Source of the DNA: Cenococcum geophilum
Taxonomy: Eukaryota
Assembly (NCBI GenBank): GCA_050273025.1
Contig: CP158635.1
Coordinates: 1,736,001-1,800,000, forward strand
Direction of reading: 5' to 3'
DNA: 64,000 bases
Position numbers and translations under genes: made by a program. The notes under the pieces were generated by a model. That model saw only the letters and a program-made list of their open reading frames with translations, made no database searches and was not told where the DNA came from. Shown in pieces: positions 1 to 12,819 of the stretch (positions are counted from its first letter, which is position 1; every line of letters begins with the position of its first letter).

Positions 1-292
1 CCTCTGTACGCAGAGCTTCGTGTAGAGTCTCGTGTAGAGCCTCATGCAAAGCTTCGTGCAGAGCTTCGTTTAGAGCTTCGTGTAGAGCTTCGTGTAGAGC
101 TTCGTGTAGAGCCTCGTGCAGAGCCCCGTGCAGAGCTTCGTGCAGAGCTTCGTGCAGAGCTTTGTGCAGAGCTTCGTGCAGAGCTTCGTGCAGAGCTTCG
201 TGTAGAGCTTCGTGCAGAGCTTCGTGCAGAGCTTCATGTAGAGCTTCGTGCAGAGCTTCGTGTAGAGCTTCGTGCAGAGCCTCGTGCAGAGC
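1..292. repeat. 12-bp tandem repeat (CAGAGCTTCGTG / TAGAGCTTCGTG)n, probably inside a transposon, truncated by the window start
   Basis: More than 20 consecutive near-identical 12-mers, with variants mostly C>T/G>A. The (LCTK)n ORF 70..321 simply reflects this repeat. Confidence 0.95.
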
Positions 293-344
293 CTTAGTAG
301 TGTAGCTTGAGGGGTGTGCATAGGGTGTTGCTTTGGGGGGTTAT

Positions 345-540
345 CCTGCCAGGAACCTGACAGGACAATCAGGAAATACTAGTTTCCTGTCAGGAGCCTG
401 TCAGGACGATTAGGAAATACTAGTTTTCTGTTAGGAGCCTGACAGGACGATTAGGAAAATCAAAGATCCTGGTAGGAGCCTGTTAGGACAATCAGGACGA
501 TCAGGAAAATCAAAATCCTGGCAGGAGGCCTCCAGGATCT
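345..540. repeat. Degenerate ~40-bp tandem repeats (CCTGxCAGGAxxATxAGGAAA), like subterminal repeats of a DNA transposon
   Basis: The cctgacaggacaatcaggaaa-type unit recurs about 5 times. Confidence 0.7.
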
Positions 541-790
541 TGGTACCCCAACAAAATGCTGATGCAGTTCTTACTTTATTAACTTAATTAATAATATATA
601 ATAGAAAACACGATTTAAACGATTTAAGCGATTTAAACTTCTTATTAAGTAAAAAGGATATAAAATATAAACCTAAGAAACCTATAAATAGATTAAGGCC
701 GATACGCCTTTTCTAGTAAAAGAATTTTATAAGAACTATTCTTTACGGCCTTCTTTAGCTAAATAAACGCGATATAAAGGTAAATAATTG

Positions 791-1852
791 GGCCAGCGGT
801 AAATTGACACCCCCTAATTGATATGCGGACACCCCACAATTGATAACGTGTTCGGCGGGCAAGCTGCCCATGCGGGCATCCTGCCCACCACCAAAAATTA
901 ATAAATTCTTACTTTAGTATCTTAACAACCACTTAATAATAAATTCTAATAATTTAGATTTAGACTTTTATATACACTTTATAGCTTCTATTAAAGTTAT
1001 ATAGTAATTAATTTAGGGGTTTCTAAGATACTATAATTTGGGGGCTAAAATAAAGCTAAAATACTATATCTTAAAAACTACTAAACTAATTACTATGCAA
1101 CTTTAATAGAAGCTATAAAGCGTATATAAAAGTCTAAATCTAAATTATTAAAATTTATTATTAAGTGGTTGTTAAGATATTAAAGTATGAATTTATTAAT
1201 TTTTGGTGAGTTTTAAGGTGGGCAGGATGCCCGCATGGGCAGCTTGCCCGCCGAACACGTTACACGGACACCCCCCACTAATTTAGTTTAGTTCCTTCCT
1301 GATCAAGTTAGAATATCACGTGAATTTAAGTTGTTTGCATCCGCATCAGTGCGCGACCGTCGCCCATACCCAAAACATTACCTCGCATTTGCCTTACCTA
1401 TTCCCTCCCAGCCTCTAACTGTTGAGGGCCGCCGCGGCTGGCTTTGTTCGCGTTAATACACCGACCCATTGCGAGTCATCAGCATTCGAACAAAGTACCG
1501 GGTATAGTACGCGTGGACGTGGGCTGCGCGTGGACGCGGGCGCGGGCGCAGGCGCAGGCGCAGACGCGAGGGCGGGCGTGCCCGCAGAGGCGGTTCGTAG
1601 ACATCAAGCAGAGGGAGCAGCACCCAAATAAGTTCACGCAGTGCCTCACAGGGTACTGCGCAATTGAGGCATTACGGTCATAAGGGTTATGTTTTAACAA
1701 TTTAATTTTCGCGATGTTGATGCAAACAACTTAAATTCACGTGATATTCTAACTTGATCAGGAAGGAACTAAACTCAATTAGTGGGGGGTGTCCGTGTAT
1801 CAATTGGGGGGTGTCCGCATATCAATTAGGGGGTGTCAATTTACCGCTGGCC
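791..1852. mobile_element. Non-autonomous long-TIR DNA transposon (MULE- or hAT-like)
   Basis: TIRs of about 135 bp start GGCCAGCGGTAAATTGACACC. The left TIR (791-845 plus 1261-1341) is split by a MITE and matches the reverse complement of ~1719-1852. 8-bp TSD AATAATTG at 783-790 and 1853-1860. Confidence 0.9.
846..1260. mobile_element. Foldback MITE of Tc1/mariner (Fot1/pogo-like) type, inserted in the TIR of the outer element
   Basis: Ends are ACGTGTTCGGCGGGCAAGCTGCCCATGCGGGCATCCTGCCCACC and its exact reverse complement. TA on both sides. The arms stay complementary for about 180 bp. Confidence 0.9.
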
Positions 1853-1959
1853 AATAATTGCCACCTAATATAAATATATAAAATATAATAGTGAGAAGCT
1901 CGAAATTAAAAAGAACTTAAAATATATTATAACATTTATTTTATAATTATTATAATACG

Positions 1960-2554
1960 TAAAATGTTAAGGAACTTTAACCAGTGGTTAAAGTTATCTA
2001 ATTAGTTAAAAGTTTCCTTACTAAAACCCTTTATAAAGATATTAGTTCTACTTACCGCCTTAGCTAAGCTAATAGTAATTTTTATCCTAGGGATAGAAAA
2101 TCCTAATTAGTCTATTTAATAATAGAATTGGTAAAACTTTATACTACTACCTAATGCAAGTATATAAACGCGATAAGCAATAAGTCTTAACTAAAATTTA
2201 ATTATTTTGGACCTTTGGCTAAAGGGGGGGTACTATAATATAACTAGCTTAGTTAGAGTAGGAACGTCTTAATAAAACACTTAATAGATAAATTACGACG
2301 CCCTAACTAAATTCTACTAAATTCTGCCAGCTTAATTAACTTCTATTAAGTTCTGCTAGATTAATTAAATTCTACTAAAGTCCGTTAAATACCACGTGCG
2401 TATATACGTATATATTAATTACTAAGATCCCTAACTATTTAATTATAAGATTCTCTCGTTATTCCTTTCTCTTCTTTACGCAACGTCTTGTTCCTTATAA
2501 GAGCTATACCCCTAAATTTAAATAGAATATATTTTATTTCTTTAAATCTGCTCT
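1960..2554 (+). mobile_element. RIP-degraded 3' end (PPT plus LTR) of an older LTR retrotransposon; the LTR resumes at ~16978-17002
   Basis: A purine tract AAAGGGGGGGG at 2221-2231 is followed by LTR-like sequence, which is interrupted at the GCTCT TSD of the Gypsy element. Confidence 0.45.
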
Positions 2555-2692
2555 TGTAACGAAACCTTATAGTAGGAACTACAGTGGGCTTATTAATAGG
2601 CTAGGTGTATAGGTAATGCAAATTAAAGTTAATAACGTAATAATAACTGGTAGAGTGGTTGCCTAACAGATTAATTCTAATTATATTCTAAG

Positions 2693-2908
2693 TGTTGGGA
2701 ATAAAGGCAAATGGTCACCATATGAGGCATATTGCCGTCACGTGTGGCAAGTTGCCGTTACGTGCGGCAAGTTGCCATCACGTGCCGCCGCGGCACTAGC
2801 GTGGTGAGGAACCTTAGGTTCCTCACCCCTTTCTTCAAGAAGAACACAGAACAATCATCATACTATCTACGAACCGTAGCTACGTGATATCCCCTTGTGA
2901 GTCCAACA
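2693..2908. mobile_element. Solo LTR (TGTTGG...CCAACA) inserted in the Gypsy left LTR
   Basis: TG..CA ends with a short inverted repeat. TSD CTAAG at 2688-2692 and 2909-2913. Absent from the right LTR copy. Contains three ~20-bp internal repeats (CACGTGxGGCAAGTTGCC). Confidence 0.9.
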
Positions 2909-5900
2909 CTAAGAATCACTATAAGGAAGGAACTATCTAGGTAGGGACTAAGGGTCCTTAAATATACAGCCGTACTCCTATAAAATCCTTCTTATATATA
3001 ATATACGTATACTCTATTTACTCTATTACAGATTATACAAATCCTATAGATTATATAAATCACATTATATAACCTTAGTTATTATTTCTTATTATATAGT
3101 TCTACCGGCTCTATTCTAGACTATACTTATATTAACTAACTAGCTTCTTCTAACTCTTTCCCTAAGCAGTTATAATATTATACTTAAAGCGTCTATAATA
3201 CTATCTCCCTCCTTTTTATCTTCGTCCTTAAAGATTTCTAATATCTCTAAGTTGTTTACTAGAGGTGTAATATCCATCTAATTAATTTGGTTAATATTAT
3301 TACTTATTATACCTAAAGCAATTTCTTTTTCTTTAACTGTTTGTTATACTCGCACTATTACTATAATATTATCTCTTAGTGAGATTATACCATCTCTATA
3401 TTCTCGCTATTTAAAAGAGGGATTAGTTTATATTACGTTGGCGAACCCATCTTCGTAATAACTATCCTCTTATTTAGAGTGCACTAAAGTAAATATTCGT
3501 TCGTCTTATAATGTTCGCTCTATTTCTAACGCTAAATATATATAACTTATTACTTTTAATAGTCGTCTAGTTCCCTAATTAATTTATCTTAGGGTTTTAT
3601 ATTTAATCTACTACTGCGCGGCTAGATAATAAACTGTCCGTTACTCTTACTAAATTATACCGTTCTTAAGACGCTAAATAGAAGGCTGCCGATACTTAGC
3701 AACGGGCCCTTAAGTCTTATCTTGCGGCGTCTACTCAGTTAATCCGTCTTAAGAAGGTGTATAAGAAGGTCCGTTTTAAGGAGTAGAAACTTATAAAATA
3801 GGGCCTATAGGAACTTAGTAATAAAAGAATAAATTCTCCTCTAATAGAGAAGGAAATAGATCTAAGTAGCTTGGTAACTACTCTTCTTAGGTCCCCCTTA
3901 AGTAACTTATTCTTTAGCGATCCTTCTTTATTAATGCTACCTAACCTAATTTCTTCTAATACTCCTATACCTTTCCTATAGCATTTTTTAAATTCTCTAG
4001 TAGTTCCTAGGTAGTCTTAGTATAGCCTATATACTTAACCTTATACTATATCTTATTATTAATATCCTTATAATTAATAATCTTTAAAACTTACTATTTA
4101 TCTTCCTCCTATTCTCTATACTTGTTTACTTTATAAATTAGTGGCTTAATATTCCCGTATACTAGCTCTAGCATTGCGATATACTATATAGGGTAGATTC
4201 TTATTTTAGCTAGTAGGTTTAATTTAAACGTAACTAGTAAAATCCTCTACTTAATTTTAAAAGGTCCTAGTCTAACGTAGTTTAACTTCTTACTTAGTTG
4301 TTAACTCTTAAAATTTTTATATAGTAGCTATACTTTATCTCCCTCCTTAAGATCTAGTCCTTTAGATCTCTTAGCGTTATAGTACTTTTTTATTCTCTAT
4401 TATACTGTTTTCGCTATTTCCGTAAAGTTCTTATAAAGATTTATTAATATCTCTATTCTCTGCTTTGCTATACTACTTATCTTCTTTACTTAATATAGTA
4501 ATAGCAATATTCTTAGTTCGTATCCGTAATTCGCCTTAAATAGTAATATACCTATTCATTCTTATAGTATTACATTATATATAAACTATATAACTGGTAA
4601 TAATAATACCCAATTATTCTATGCGTAATTAATATAGTGTTTTAAATACTGCTCTAGTATCTAATTTAGTCTTTCTATTTAACCGTCTATCTGCAAATAA
4701 TATACGGTGGAAGTTGCTGCTCTAACTTCTTATTCCGCTAAGAATACTTCTTAAAATGCTGCTATAAATCTTAGATCTCTATCCAATATAATCTTATTTA
4801 GTGCTCTATATTTTATAAACACTTCTTTAATATAAATTCTAGCGACATCTTCTGCCGATATTTCTTTTGTATATACTATAAAGTATCTCCACTTTATAAG
4901 CTTATCTACTATTACTAAGATTACGTTATAATTTTATCCGATAATAGGGTCTTTTAACTTTAGTAACTTAATAATAAAGTCTTATAATATGACCTCTTAT
5001 AGTCTTTCTGGTATTTTAATAGGTTATAGCCCTCTGTATAGCTTATACCTTATTAGTTTATTCCTTTAGCAATCTAGATATTTTTTTATAACTTTTCGCG
5101 CTAAGCCCTAGATTCCGTTAATAACGTACTTCTTCTAGAGTCTTAATACTAAGCCCATGGCTCTATTATGTCCTTAAGTTATTCCCTTATAGAAATCTTC
5201 TATAAAGTGTTCTGCTATGCTTCTTAGGATATATATCGCTTCTTAACTTTTATATATATCCATCTATAAATCTTCTAGTTACGCTTTTAGAATTCTTTAT
5301 ACCTAAAAGCTTTTTAGTGACTTATAAACCTTATTTAGTTCTTCTTAAGTTGCTATAATTTTTAGATAATTGTATCTAATTAGTCCATTTATGTCTTTTT
5401 GTAGTAAAGCCCCTAATGGCTTTTCCTTATTCTGTAGTTTAGCTTTGCGACTTAGAGTATTTACTTACGTGTTATCTGTACCCTTAGTATACTAAATCTT
5501 AAAATAGTATTCCGTAAGTATCTCTGCCCATCTAACCTATTTTTAGTTAAGTTCCTTTGTCGTTAGGAATCCTATTAAGTTCTTATAATCCGTTTTAACT
5601 ATAAATGGTTTCTCTATACCTTATAAAAATGCTTTCTATTCCTTAAGTACTATAACTATACCTAATAACTCCTTATTGTAAATATCGTAGTTTAACTTTA
5701 GTAGTATTATCCTCTAACTATAATATACTACTAGGTGCTATCCATCTTAATATTTCTATATAAAGTACGCCCTTAGTATATAGTCTAATATATCTATTTC
5801 TATAACTATCTCTAATCCTAGTTAATAGATCTTAAGAACTAGCTCTTAGGTAAACAACTTTTTAACTTTCTTAAAGTGTTCCTTTTATTTCTCTCTCTAT

Positions 5901-6578
5901 ACCCATAGTTCTTCTTTCTTTATTAGTTGCGTTAATGGCTTAATGTTCTTTAACTATTACGCTATAAACCTTCTGCAGTAATTGCAAAACCCTAAAAATA
6001 ATCTTAACTATATAACGTTCTCTAGTTCTTACCAATTTACTATAGCCTTAATCTTCTTTAGATCTATACTAAGTTGGCCTAGTTTAATAATAAATCCAAC
6101 GAAATTGGTCCTCCTAGTAAAGAACTTATATTTCTCGATTACTACTAGCATTTATTTTTCCTATAGTCTCCTTAAGACCTATTTAACGTATTCCCCGTGT
6201 TCTTCCTTAGTTATTAAGTAGATAATAATATTATTAAGGTATACCATAATAAATTCATCTAAGTATTCTCCTAATATATTATTAATACACTTCTAAAACA
6301 TTGCTAGTGCATTTATAAGCCTAAATTGTATAACTAATAGCTTATATAGTCCTTCCTTTAACCTAAAGGCTGTCTTTTATTTATTGCCTTCCTTAATCCT
6401 AATCTAATAGTATACCTATCTTAGATCTATCTTTATAAAGATTTGCGCGTTGCCTATCCTATCTTAGATTTTGCTAATTAAGGGTAAAGGATACCTATTC
6501 TTCCTAGTAATGCTGTTTAACTGTCTATAGTTAATGCATAGCCTTAGCTTGCCATTTTTCTTTAGTATGAATAGTACT

Positions 6579-9500
6579 TGTTAGTACCAATTTAATGGTA
6601 TAAGTGAGTCGTATCCACGGGCACGAAATACATATAGTATTGTATGCTTGTTTAGATGGTGACTGTCGATTCTATTGAGGTGGGCTATGTGGTCTATATA
6701 CTAACGCACCTCCCCCCTAAGCTAGTGTTTTAGGAGTGCACTAGACGCGTAAGCGAACCAAACGCGTAAACGCGTACTTGGTGTATTGAACCGCGTAAGC
6801 ACGCGGTTAGTATAGCAGGTGCTGTAATTATACACTGGCGGTACTTGGAAAATGGAACTACTTGCGTATAGCCTCCGTAATTGCCTTAATAGAACTATAA
6901 AAGACGTAAGAAAATACATAGGAAATCCCTCCTGAGGTGCCTTTTGGGTTACCTTCCGAACGGTGCTCTAAGCTGGCCGTAAGTCCTGCTTACGGTCCGT
7001 AAAATAAACTATACGCCCTTTAATGGGCCGTAAATGCACCGTACGGCCTTCCGAACGGGCCGTAACTGAACCGTAAATACTCTGTTAGTCTCGCTCTACC
7101 CATTCTATAATCTTTAGGTTGAGCTTATTTATATTAATTAGGGTTTTAAGAGCTTAATATGGCTTTGCCTTTGTTATAGCGTCTGCTAGGTTGTCTCCGC
7201 TGCTAATCTATTTGACCTCCGTAATCTCGCGTTGTTTATAGGCCTGACGTAGGCATATTAGGTCGACTATGAGCCTCTTATCTTATATTATACCTAGTTT
7301 GACTAGGCAGTCGTAGAGGGACTTTAAATCGGTGTATAAAACTAGGGGTAGCTACTTTAGTTATAGGATCTTTTAGATTGTTGATTTAATTACGGCTGCT
7401 ATATTAAAGCTATGGGCTAGTATATATAGTTCAGAAGCTAGTATACTGCGGGTTACTCGCTTGCATTTAATTGAAGACTAATGTAATATATTTGCGTCTT
7501 GGTTATGGTCCGTAAGTATAATTATAAAGCTGATTTGCGATAATAGGTCCCTATTATTGGTAAAGGAGGCGTCCGTAAATACCATTATGCTAATAAAATT
7601 TAGGTCTAGCGGTATAAAAGTAAGTCCTCTTATCGCATTATTAATTTGCTATTAAATGCGCTTATTAAGCTGCTTAACATTTTCTTCTTACAGATCTACT
7701 GCCTAGGCCGCAAAGGATAAGTTATAGGCAGATTTAGGTTGATAGACTATGGCGATATAGGCACCTCTTACACACTGTGCAGCGTATTGGTCCTTTATAT
7801 TTACGGTCTTATAGGTCTCTTTATGGGAACTAGTAAGGTCCATAGGCTTTACCGTAACGGGCTTCAGGTTTTAAGCTTGGTGTTCCTAAGTTAGCTAGAT
7901 TAAGTTGCCCTTTTATGTAATTAAGCCTCTGTTAAACTTAATTGGAGTCCGCTTAGTTAACTACTCTTACGGCTTTACTAGGAACTTGGCTTCTTATAGT
8001 TTGGTCTCTTCCGCGTCCGCAAAAGTTTAGTCCGCTAGAAAGAGGGTATTATCTATTTAGAGTCTAACGATGCTAAGGCTGTTCAATAGGGTATGTAGGA
8101 GGTAAGGGTTATAGGTTAACTGCTCCATCTTAAGTTTACTGACGTGGTGCTGGTAGTACATCTTAAACCAATGGTTTCTAGCTTCCGGTACTCCGTAAAG
8201 TGGTTTTATAACCCGTAAAATTGTTCCTAGTTGTAGATTAAGCTTAAGCGGTAGCCGTATAAAGATGTCCCTACTTAGGTAGGTATTAGACTGCATGTAG
8301 GCTTATAAGATGTCCTATAAGTAGAGAGCTATGGGTTTAGTTTTCTGTAGACCCGGTATAAGCGCAAGTATAATCCATTAACTGACCCGTTAAATTGTAG
8401 GTGATTGTATAAGGATAAGGTCCTTTCCCTAGTCGTTATAAGCTTATATAACAAGCCTTAACTTTTTAAAGGCTTTATTAGTACCGGGGTGCTTAATTTT
8501 GTTAACAAAGCGCGAGTTAAATATACGGACGCCTTGCGGAACGTCTCTCTCCGTTATAACCGTAAAGACGCCCTTCTTAAGTAGTCCGTTAATCTCTTTG
8601 CGTTGTAAATCTGTAAAGGGGGTTTCCTATACTAGAACTAATATATCTATAGGCGGAGATTGTTTTGCGGATATACCTATAGAGGTGTCTGCGGAGGTTA
8701 GGTAATTTTCTATTACGGGGTTTTTAGTTACGGGGTACTTTTAGGGGCGCCCTTGGCCACGCTTTATAGTAGGTTTTATAGGCTTAGTAGGTTTCTAGGG
8801 GACTTCTTTAGTAGGTAAGGGTGCTTCTAGTTTGTTTGGTTTAGCGGGTGCTTCTAGTTTATCTAATTTGGTAGGTGCTTCTGGTTTATCTGGCTTGGTA
8901 GGTGCTTCTAGTTCGTCTGGCTTGACGTTATAGGTGCTTTCGGGCCGAAAATAGGGTTTTATGGACGTGCTTCTAAAGCTTGTCGGTCCGCTAGGGAGCT
9001 GTACATAGCAGGTCTCGTCTTCTACGGCTAGTAGACGGTAAGGTCCAGTTTAATTGCCACTTTCTCGCTATATAAGGACTTTAGAGTTAAGCGGGAGGTT
9101 GTGTACTGGGGTTATATTAGGTCCGTTGCGGTAGTATAGGGCGTTATTAATAGCTTATTTGGCCCGTAGTTTAACTATCTCAGCTATTGCCTTCCATATT
9201 GCAGCTGCTCGTTCCGTAATAGATAGGGTAGGGGGGTCTAGGTTACTTATTCTTGGGTAGGCTCCGTAGACTAAAAGGGTAGGTACCAGTCCGTTAGGGC
9301 CGGCGGTGTCATTAACAGCTTTTATGGCTATCTGTAAAGCCAGTTCTTTTTAAATATTCTTACACTCGTTCGTAATAATCTGGTAAGCTCTCCGTAAAGC
9401 TAGATAAGCTTACTTAATAAGTCTAATAGATTAGTGCGCCTTAACTAGAACGGCTTTTGTTAAAATAGCTATAGCTATAGTGTACTATTGGAATTCCTTA

Positions 9501-12500
9501 CTGATAAAGTTCCTATTAGCGTCGTGGGTGATATACTTAGGGGGTCCAAGGTATGTGTCAATCCAATAGATCCGTAAAATGTCCCAAGTATGTTTTGTAG
9601 ATATATTTTGCAACCAACAGGCGGCTTAATAGCGGGTTGCCTCATTAATTATATGTAATACTAGACTGCCGTTAATGTACATAATATCCACGTACACTAA
9701 GTGGTTGAAATTAAGGTCCTTATAAAGGGTAAACTTAAATCTGCCTGGGGAACGTCCGTATTTCTGGCAGAAAGAGCAGTATTTAGTCAGGTGGTCGATT
9801 GCCTTCCTATCAACGTTGTCATGTCCAGAACGTTTAAGGACTCTATATAGCTTTTTAGCTGATAAATAGCCGAAGCGGCGGTGTAGGCGGTGGATCTCCG
9901 TACTAGTGAGGTAGTATAGGTTATAGTCAAAAGATTCCTAAATATAGGTCCGTAAAGTCTCTCCCCATATAAGGAACGGGTGTCCAAAACGTCGTACAAT
10001 TAGTAGGGTAACATGTTTGCTTTCTAGGGTAGTTACGGGGCCAATTACGGTGTCCGTAACGTTGTTATAGTAGACCTATAACCTATCCATATCTACAAGG
10101 TAGAGTAGAAAAGGGGTGTCCGCTTTTACCACGTGGAAGTTAACTAGGCTAATTGGGGTCTTAACTGCAACTAATTTAATTAATATGGTTAAGCTGATGC
10201 TGAATTAGACGTTTACGGCCCCAGATTATATAGTATTAATGTCCGTATTATTATTTACGGTGGTCTTATATATAAGGTATTGTCCGTAACTTATAGTAGA
10301 CTTCTTAAAGGCACCTATATCGATTATAATGCTATAGAATTCTTTAGGGGTATAGCGTTCTGTAGTGATATATATAAATGGGTCCTATTCACGGTCCGTA
10401 ATATCTGTAATGGGTCTAACGGGTGTGCTTGCGGGCCAGTTTTTAGGTGCAATTGAGTGTATAAAGGAACGATCGGCTAATATAGTTATAGTGTTAAAGG
10501 CTTAACTATCTATAAAAGGTCCAAAAGTAGTTAGGAATGTCTCTAAGGTCTCCTATTCCTAAGCGTCTAAGTCAAAATTAATTATAAGGGCTTCCATTAA
10601 CTCGTTAAGAGACTCTTCTACTTCCTCTCCTTCGTATTCTAAGATGAACTAGTTAATCCGTTTATCAAATTTCTTCTTAGACCTATTACGTTCTTCTTAG
10701 GTATGCCTTATAGACCAACATTCTTCCTTACCGCACATAAAGCACTTCTAACTGGTTTGTCTGCGGGGGTATGCTTTCGTACAGGAGTTACTGTGGAGGT
10801 TACAGGTAGAACCTGGTCGATGCGGATACTGCTGGCGGTATCGGCGGTCTATAAAGTAGGCATCTAAATCAGATTACGGATTTTACAGGTCTGTAATAAA
10901 AGCTTAAGTACTACCTAGCGGGTTTAAGGCTTTATACGTTGTAATGGAGGACTGTAAATTGTTAATAAGGCCAGCTACGGTGTCTGCGGGCTTATAATAG
11001 GCGTATTTATAGGGTTCCATTTCCTGGTAGGCCGTAATCAGTTTATTATACAAGAAGTCGTTCATTTAAAGCTTAATATTAAGACCGTACTGTAGGTAGC
11101 GGAGGTCTTTAATAAGGATTTGTAGGCACTCTATAGTTGATTTTTTAGTATTCTTATCCATTACGGTCCGTAACTTAGTCGCATTCTATTAGGTAAGGAT
11201 ATCACGCCTATATTCCAGTCCTTTAAAGTAGTTACATATAGCTTCGTATAGCTTATCAAAGGGAACACCAAGGGGGTTGCTCTTGAGGTTAGTATAATAG
11301 TGGTTAAGTACTAGGCCGCGCAGCATAGTAGAGTAGGCTTAGCTAAACTCTTATTTAGGAATATCGGCCTTCTAATAGAGGTCTGTAAAGATGGTCAGTT
11401 TAAAGTTAAAGTTATTATTTTCACCGCTGTACTTGGATTCGTCGGTGTAGAGCTTAGCTAGGTTAGCTAGCTCCTTACCGTAGGTCTTTACTTAAGTAGT
11501 TTACGGGTCTATAGCTTGCGGATTTATGGGTTGCGGATATATAGGTTGCAGATCTATAGCTTAAACAACAGAAGGGTTTTAGTCCGTATTTTGGTTTACG
11601 GGGGTATTGCGGTCCGTAATTTAGGTTACAGGGGTATTACAGTCCGTAACTTAAGTACTAGGTGTGCTTTGGCCCGTAAAATTAATTCCAAAACTGCTTA
11701 GGTTTATAGGACGAATTTAGTTAAGAGGGTTAGGTATAAGGCCGGCGATTATATTAAGTTTAGAAGAAGCAAAGAGTTCCTTAGTAGTATTAAACTGGTC
11801 TAGGATTTCTTCCTTGGTCTATTCTATTTGGTCCTCCTTATATATTATATTATATAGAGACTGTGCTATAGTAACTTGTTTATCCCTTTTAACCCATACG
11901 CCTTAGTAACGTAAAAGGGTTCGTAGGTTGCGGATAGTAGTAGGGTTGCAGGCCTTAAAAATAGCTTCCGTAAAGTCCGCGAAGTCTTCCTAGTACTGTT
12001 CCTATAGGTCGTCGTTCATGAACTTAAAGTATTTGTACTTAAGGGTTTTAAATTAAATATAGTCGTTAACGTCATCCGCAGACGTAAGGTCGACTCCTTG
12101 TCTCCACTTCTTTTAACCTTCACTAACTTGCTTACTAATATCTGCCATACTGTGTAATATATTCTGGTGCGTAGCGGGTGGGAGAGGTCTTGTAAGGGTC
12201 CGTAAAATCAGTTAACGGGCCCATAACGGTTTGTAGGAGGGTAAGAGGTCTCCGTAAGGGGTCAGAGAGGAGGCCGGGGTATTAAGGTAGTTAGGGTGGT
12301 CGCGTTCTTAGTGTAATCACGTTCTTAACGTGGTCGCGTTAACTACTAGTACAGTAGTCAATATCTCTAATTAAGGTGGAGCGTAAACGTCTTCCAAAAC
12401 CAGGGTAGATTTAAGGTAATTCTAGGTAAGGTAGAGCGTCAGACGTCTTCCAAATCTAGAGTACTTTAATTCTCTTCAACTGAAATAGGGGCTTGCAAGG

Positions 12501-12819
12501 TGGAGCGTCAGACGTCTTCCAAGCAAGTGCGTATCTCCTGATCTGTGCGCGCTCACTAATCAGTGTTAGTATCAATTTAATGGTATAAGTGAGTCGTATC
12601 CACGGGCACGAAATACATGTAGTATCGTATACTTGTTTGGATGGTGACTGTCGATTCTATTGAGGTGGGCTACGTGGTCTATATACTAACGCACCTCCCC
12701 CCTAAGCTAGTGTTTCAGGAGTGCACCAGACGCGTAAGCGAACCGAACGCGTAAACGCGTACTTGGTGTATCGAACCGCGTAAGCACGCGGTTAGTATAG
12801 CAGGTGCTGTAATTATACA
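6579..12819 (-). mobile_element. Ty1/Copia LTR retrotransposon, complete but RIP-mutated, inserted into the Gypsy RT region
   Basis: 256-bp LTRs at 6579-6834 and 12564-12819 that differ by transitions. TSD GTACT. Minus-strand order is gag, protease, integrase, RT (KPLYGVPEARNHW, ORF 8057..8296), RNase H. Confidence 0.95.

Noticed and set aside
70..321. (LCTK)n ORF as a real gene
   Set aside because: It is a translation of a 12-bp tandem repeat in TE-derived DNA.
12372..12525. CRISPR-like repeat-spacer array
   Set aside because: Eukaryotic context, only three units with irregular spacing, located in a Copia leader, no cas genes.
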